From Phyllobates terribilis (lineage: Eukaryota): DNA of 64,000 nucleotides. Made by a program: the position numbers and the translations under genes. The stretch spans positions 207,824,001-207,888,000 of the forward strand of contig NW_027362767.1 of the NCBI RefSeq assembly GCF_046119375.1, read 5' to 3'. The notes under the pieces were generated by a model. That model searched no databases. It was not told the origin of the DNA and saw nothing but the letters and a program-made list of their open reading frames with translations. Below are positions 61,460 through 64,000 of this stretch, one piece after another. The stretch's first letter is position 1; each line of letters opens with the position of its first letter.

Positions 61460-64000
61460 TGTAAGGACCGCTCTTCAAGCTGCTATTCCTTATTAACGTG
61501 TCCCAGCCTGGCTGATCCTGTATTTATGCACTGTGGTAGATCGCTCACTCAGCTGTACACAGAGGTAAACACAGATACGCTGTCTCTTTAAATCTCTAGT
61601 TGGTTTATTAGAATGTGGCATAAACCAACATTGAGTCCATAAAAATAAACACAGCCCTTTGGGCAAAACGGGAAAACAAACAAAACAATGTGGTCACGCA
61701 CAACACAGTCCTTATGTTAGCTGGGGTCTACCTGCTCAGAGTTAGCAACTCCACTTGGTTCAGGTCAGCACAAAACACACATCACTTGTCTGGAGTATGC
61801 CTCTCCAGATTCACTGAACACTGAATGCCTCAGCAGGCCTGGTATTTAAACCCCAGACCACACCCTCAGGTGGAGATATGGAGAACAACCTCCCGCCTGC
61901 TCTCGGTTGTTCTCATAAAAACATGCCCTTTACAAATGGTGACTTAACCCCTCCTTGCACATAATATGCTGGAGGAAACTTAACGGTTTTAATTCACTGA
62001 AGCTAATAGCCTCAGGGAAACATATCTCCCCTCCAGCACTTTACCAGTGACTGTCACATATCCTCCTCCCCTGGGGTTTTGGCACCTTCACTTGCTAAAC
62101 AGGGAAGTCTGGACAGGGCATCTGCATTACTATGTAGTTTCCTGGGCCTGTGCTCCACATGAAAATTAAAGTCCTGGAGCTCTAGAAACCACCTGGTCAC
62201 CCGGGCATTCTTCCCCTTCTTTTCCCTCATCCATCTCAGGGGCGCATGATCAGATACTAGCGTGAACTTTCAGCTTAACAGGTAGTATCTGTTACACGCA
62301 CGCCGCTAGGTTAAAATAAGACAAGATGGGTTTCTTGAATTCTTTGGAATCCTGGGGGAACCGTTACTCAGGGCGACCATAGGCTGCAGCTTCTCACACA
62401 ATAGATTCAATTGCTGACCAGACACATCTGACAAGAGTCTCTTTCAACAGTTTAACAGTGGAATTTAATCTGAAGCACGGCCAGTGCAATTCAGGGATAT
62501 TACAGCAACAATCTTCATTACAGTACAGTCTGAGTTTCTTGAGCAACTGGCTCCAGTAACAATACAGTAGTTTCTTCACAAGACACAGTATTACAGTCTC
62601 TTCAGTAGCATAATTCAGCATAGATTGGATCTCTTAGCAGCACACTTCTATGCATACACAACCACAGGCTTTTCCTTCACAAAGACACAATAGTACCCAG
62701 CATTCTTTATCCTGCATGGAGATGGAGGGGGGGGGAGGGTTTGATGAGGGAGATGATCCATGTGACACAATTCCTTACAGTCCTTATCTTCCTGCCCGAT
62801 AATACTCTGCACTGTTAGTTCAGGGAGTTTATCTGACCTGTGTTTAGTTTCTCTCCTGATCTGAATCCTGTTCCCTTGCTTTCTGTGAGATACAGATCAC
62901 ACACACCACCTTTCTCTTCTGCTACTACCAGACAGTAAAAAGCTTCCCCACAATCCCCATGGGGCTCTGCTAAACATTGCCTATCTCCTGTGACTGTGTT
63001 AACCCCTCTAGTTGCTGGATGCTTCTGAAGTACAACACTTCCTGTTTCTTGTGACTGTATTAACTCTTATAGATGCTGGATGCTTTTGAAGCAACAGCAC
63101 TACTTTTGCATGTCACATATCTTAGTGTCTCAATTGCCCATTTGATGGCCAAGCACTCCTTCTCTAGGATGGCATAGTTCTTTTCACAGGAAGAGAGTTT
63201 TCTACTCAGGAATAGGACTGGATGTTCGTCCCCATCTATTTCCTGGGACAACACAGCTCCCAAACAGACCTTGGAGGCGTCAGTTTGAACCACAAACTTC
63301 TTAGTGAAGTCAGGTGCTACTAAGACTGGCTGTTTACATAGGGCGAGCTTCAACTCCTGGAATGCCATCTCCGCTTCATGGACCACTTGGCCATCGATGT
63401 CTTCGTGCCCTTAAGAAGATCAGTCAGGGGGCTGGTATTCTGGTGAAATTCAGGATAAATCGCCGAGAATACCCCACAATTCCTAGAAACGCCCGAACTT
63501 GCTCCTTGGCGTTCGGTTGCAGATAATTTTGGATAGCCTCCACCTTATTTACTTGCGCCTTTATTTCGCCCCTTCCGCACTTCTTTGGGTTTATTGTAAA
63601 CCCTGCCTTCCTTAGCGCATCCAGTACTGCCTGGACCTTCTGTTAATGACTTCCCCAATCTGGGCTGAATATTACGATGTCACCCAAGTAAGCTGCAGTG
63701 TACTTCTTGTGAGAGACTAGGATCCGGTCCATGGTCCTCTGGAAGGTAGCTGGGGCTCCCTGCAGACCGAACAACATCCTGGTGTGCTGAAAGCACCCAT
63801 CAGGTGTAGAGAAGGCCGCCTTCTCCTTGGCACTTGGGGACAAGATAATCTGCCAGTACCCTTTAGTTAGGTCCAGGATGGTGATATATCTGGCTGACCC
63901 TAGCCTCTCAATAAGCTCATCGACGTGGGGCATCGGATACGTATCGAACTTTGACACCTCTTTTAGCTTCCTGTAGTCATTATAGAACTGCCATTCTCCA
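61460..64000 (-). mobile_element. Decayed Gypsy element (RT, RNase H, PPT, 3' LTR at ~61460-62058), probably Gmr1-like; runs off the window
   Basis: DYRKL..FDTYPMP, LDLTKGYWQ, FGLQGAPATFQR, YL(G)DIV, TDAS..GAVLSQ, EKECLAIKWAI, SDHAPL, NADALSR. PPT GGGGAGGAGGATA then TGTGACAG. No integrase between RNase H and the LTR. Confidence 0.88.
62290..63117. mobile_element. Solo LTR in RNase H of the last element
   Basis: TG...CA; perfect 4-bp TSD TATC; removal restores TLRY|YLL. Confidence 0.88.

Overview
Eukaryotic, vertebrate DNA. The repeat repertoire (Tc1, hAT, PIF/Harbinger and TTAA-targeting T2/Kolobok-like MITEs, CR1, L2, L1, DIRS1, Gmr1-like and Tf1/sushi-like Gypsy) suggests a large-genome frog, which is an inference. 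One host gene is recognisable: the first coding exon of mpp1 (p55 MAGUK) on the minus strand at 2666-2791. Its CpG-rich promoter lies to the right, and a 2.3-kb G-run minisatellite starts about 20 bp into intron 1. The remaining ~60 kb upstream is almost entirely nested transposable elements, many with resolvable target-site duplications (TSDs). Almost all long ORFs in the track are repeat artefacts or decayed TE genes. No rRNA, tRNA gene or CRISPR array was seen. Four observations stand out. (1) A near-intact chromodomain Gypsy element (56400-61393) has a primer-binding site (PBS) complementary to its own predicted transcript start 30 nt after the TATA box, a Tf1-type self-priming signature. 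(2) A TSD-bounded LTR-like family carries a tRNA-Ser PBS-like motif about 100-170 bp inside its 3' end in six copies. (3) A 301-bp insert with a 15-bp TSD contains a 206-bp fold-back of two hammerhead-like U3:A8 cores. (4) Minisatellites are seen growing out of MITE interiors. All calls were made by eye and from recalled motifs; no searches were run.
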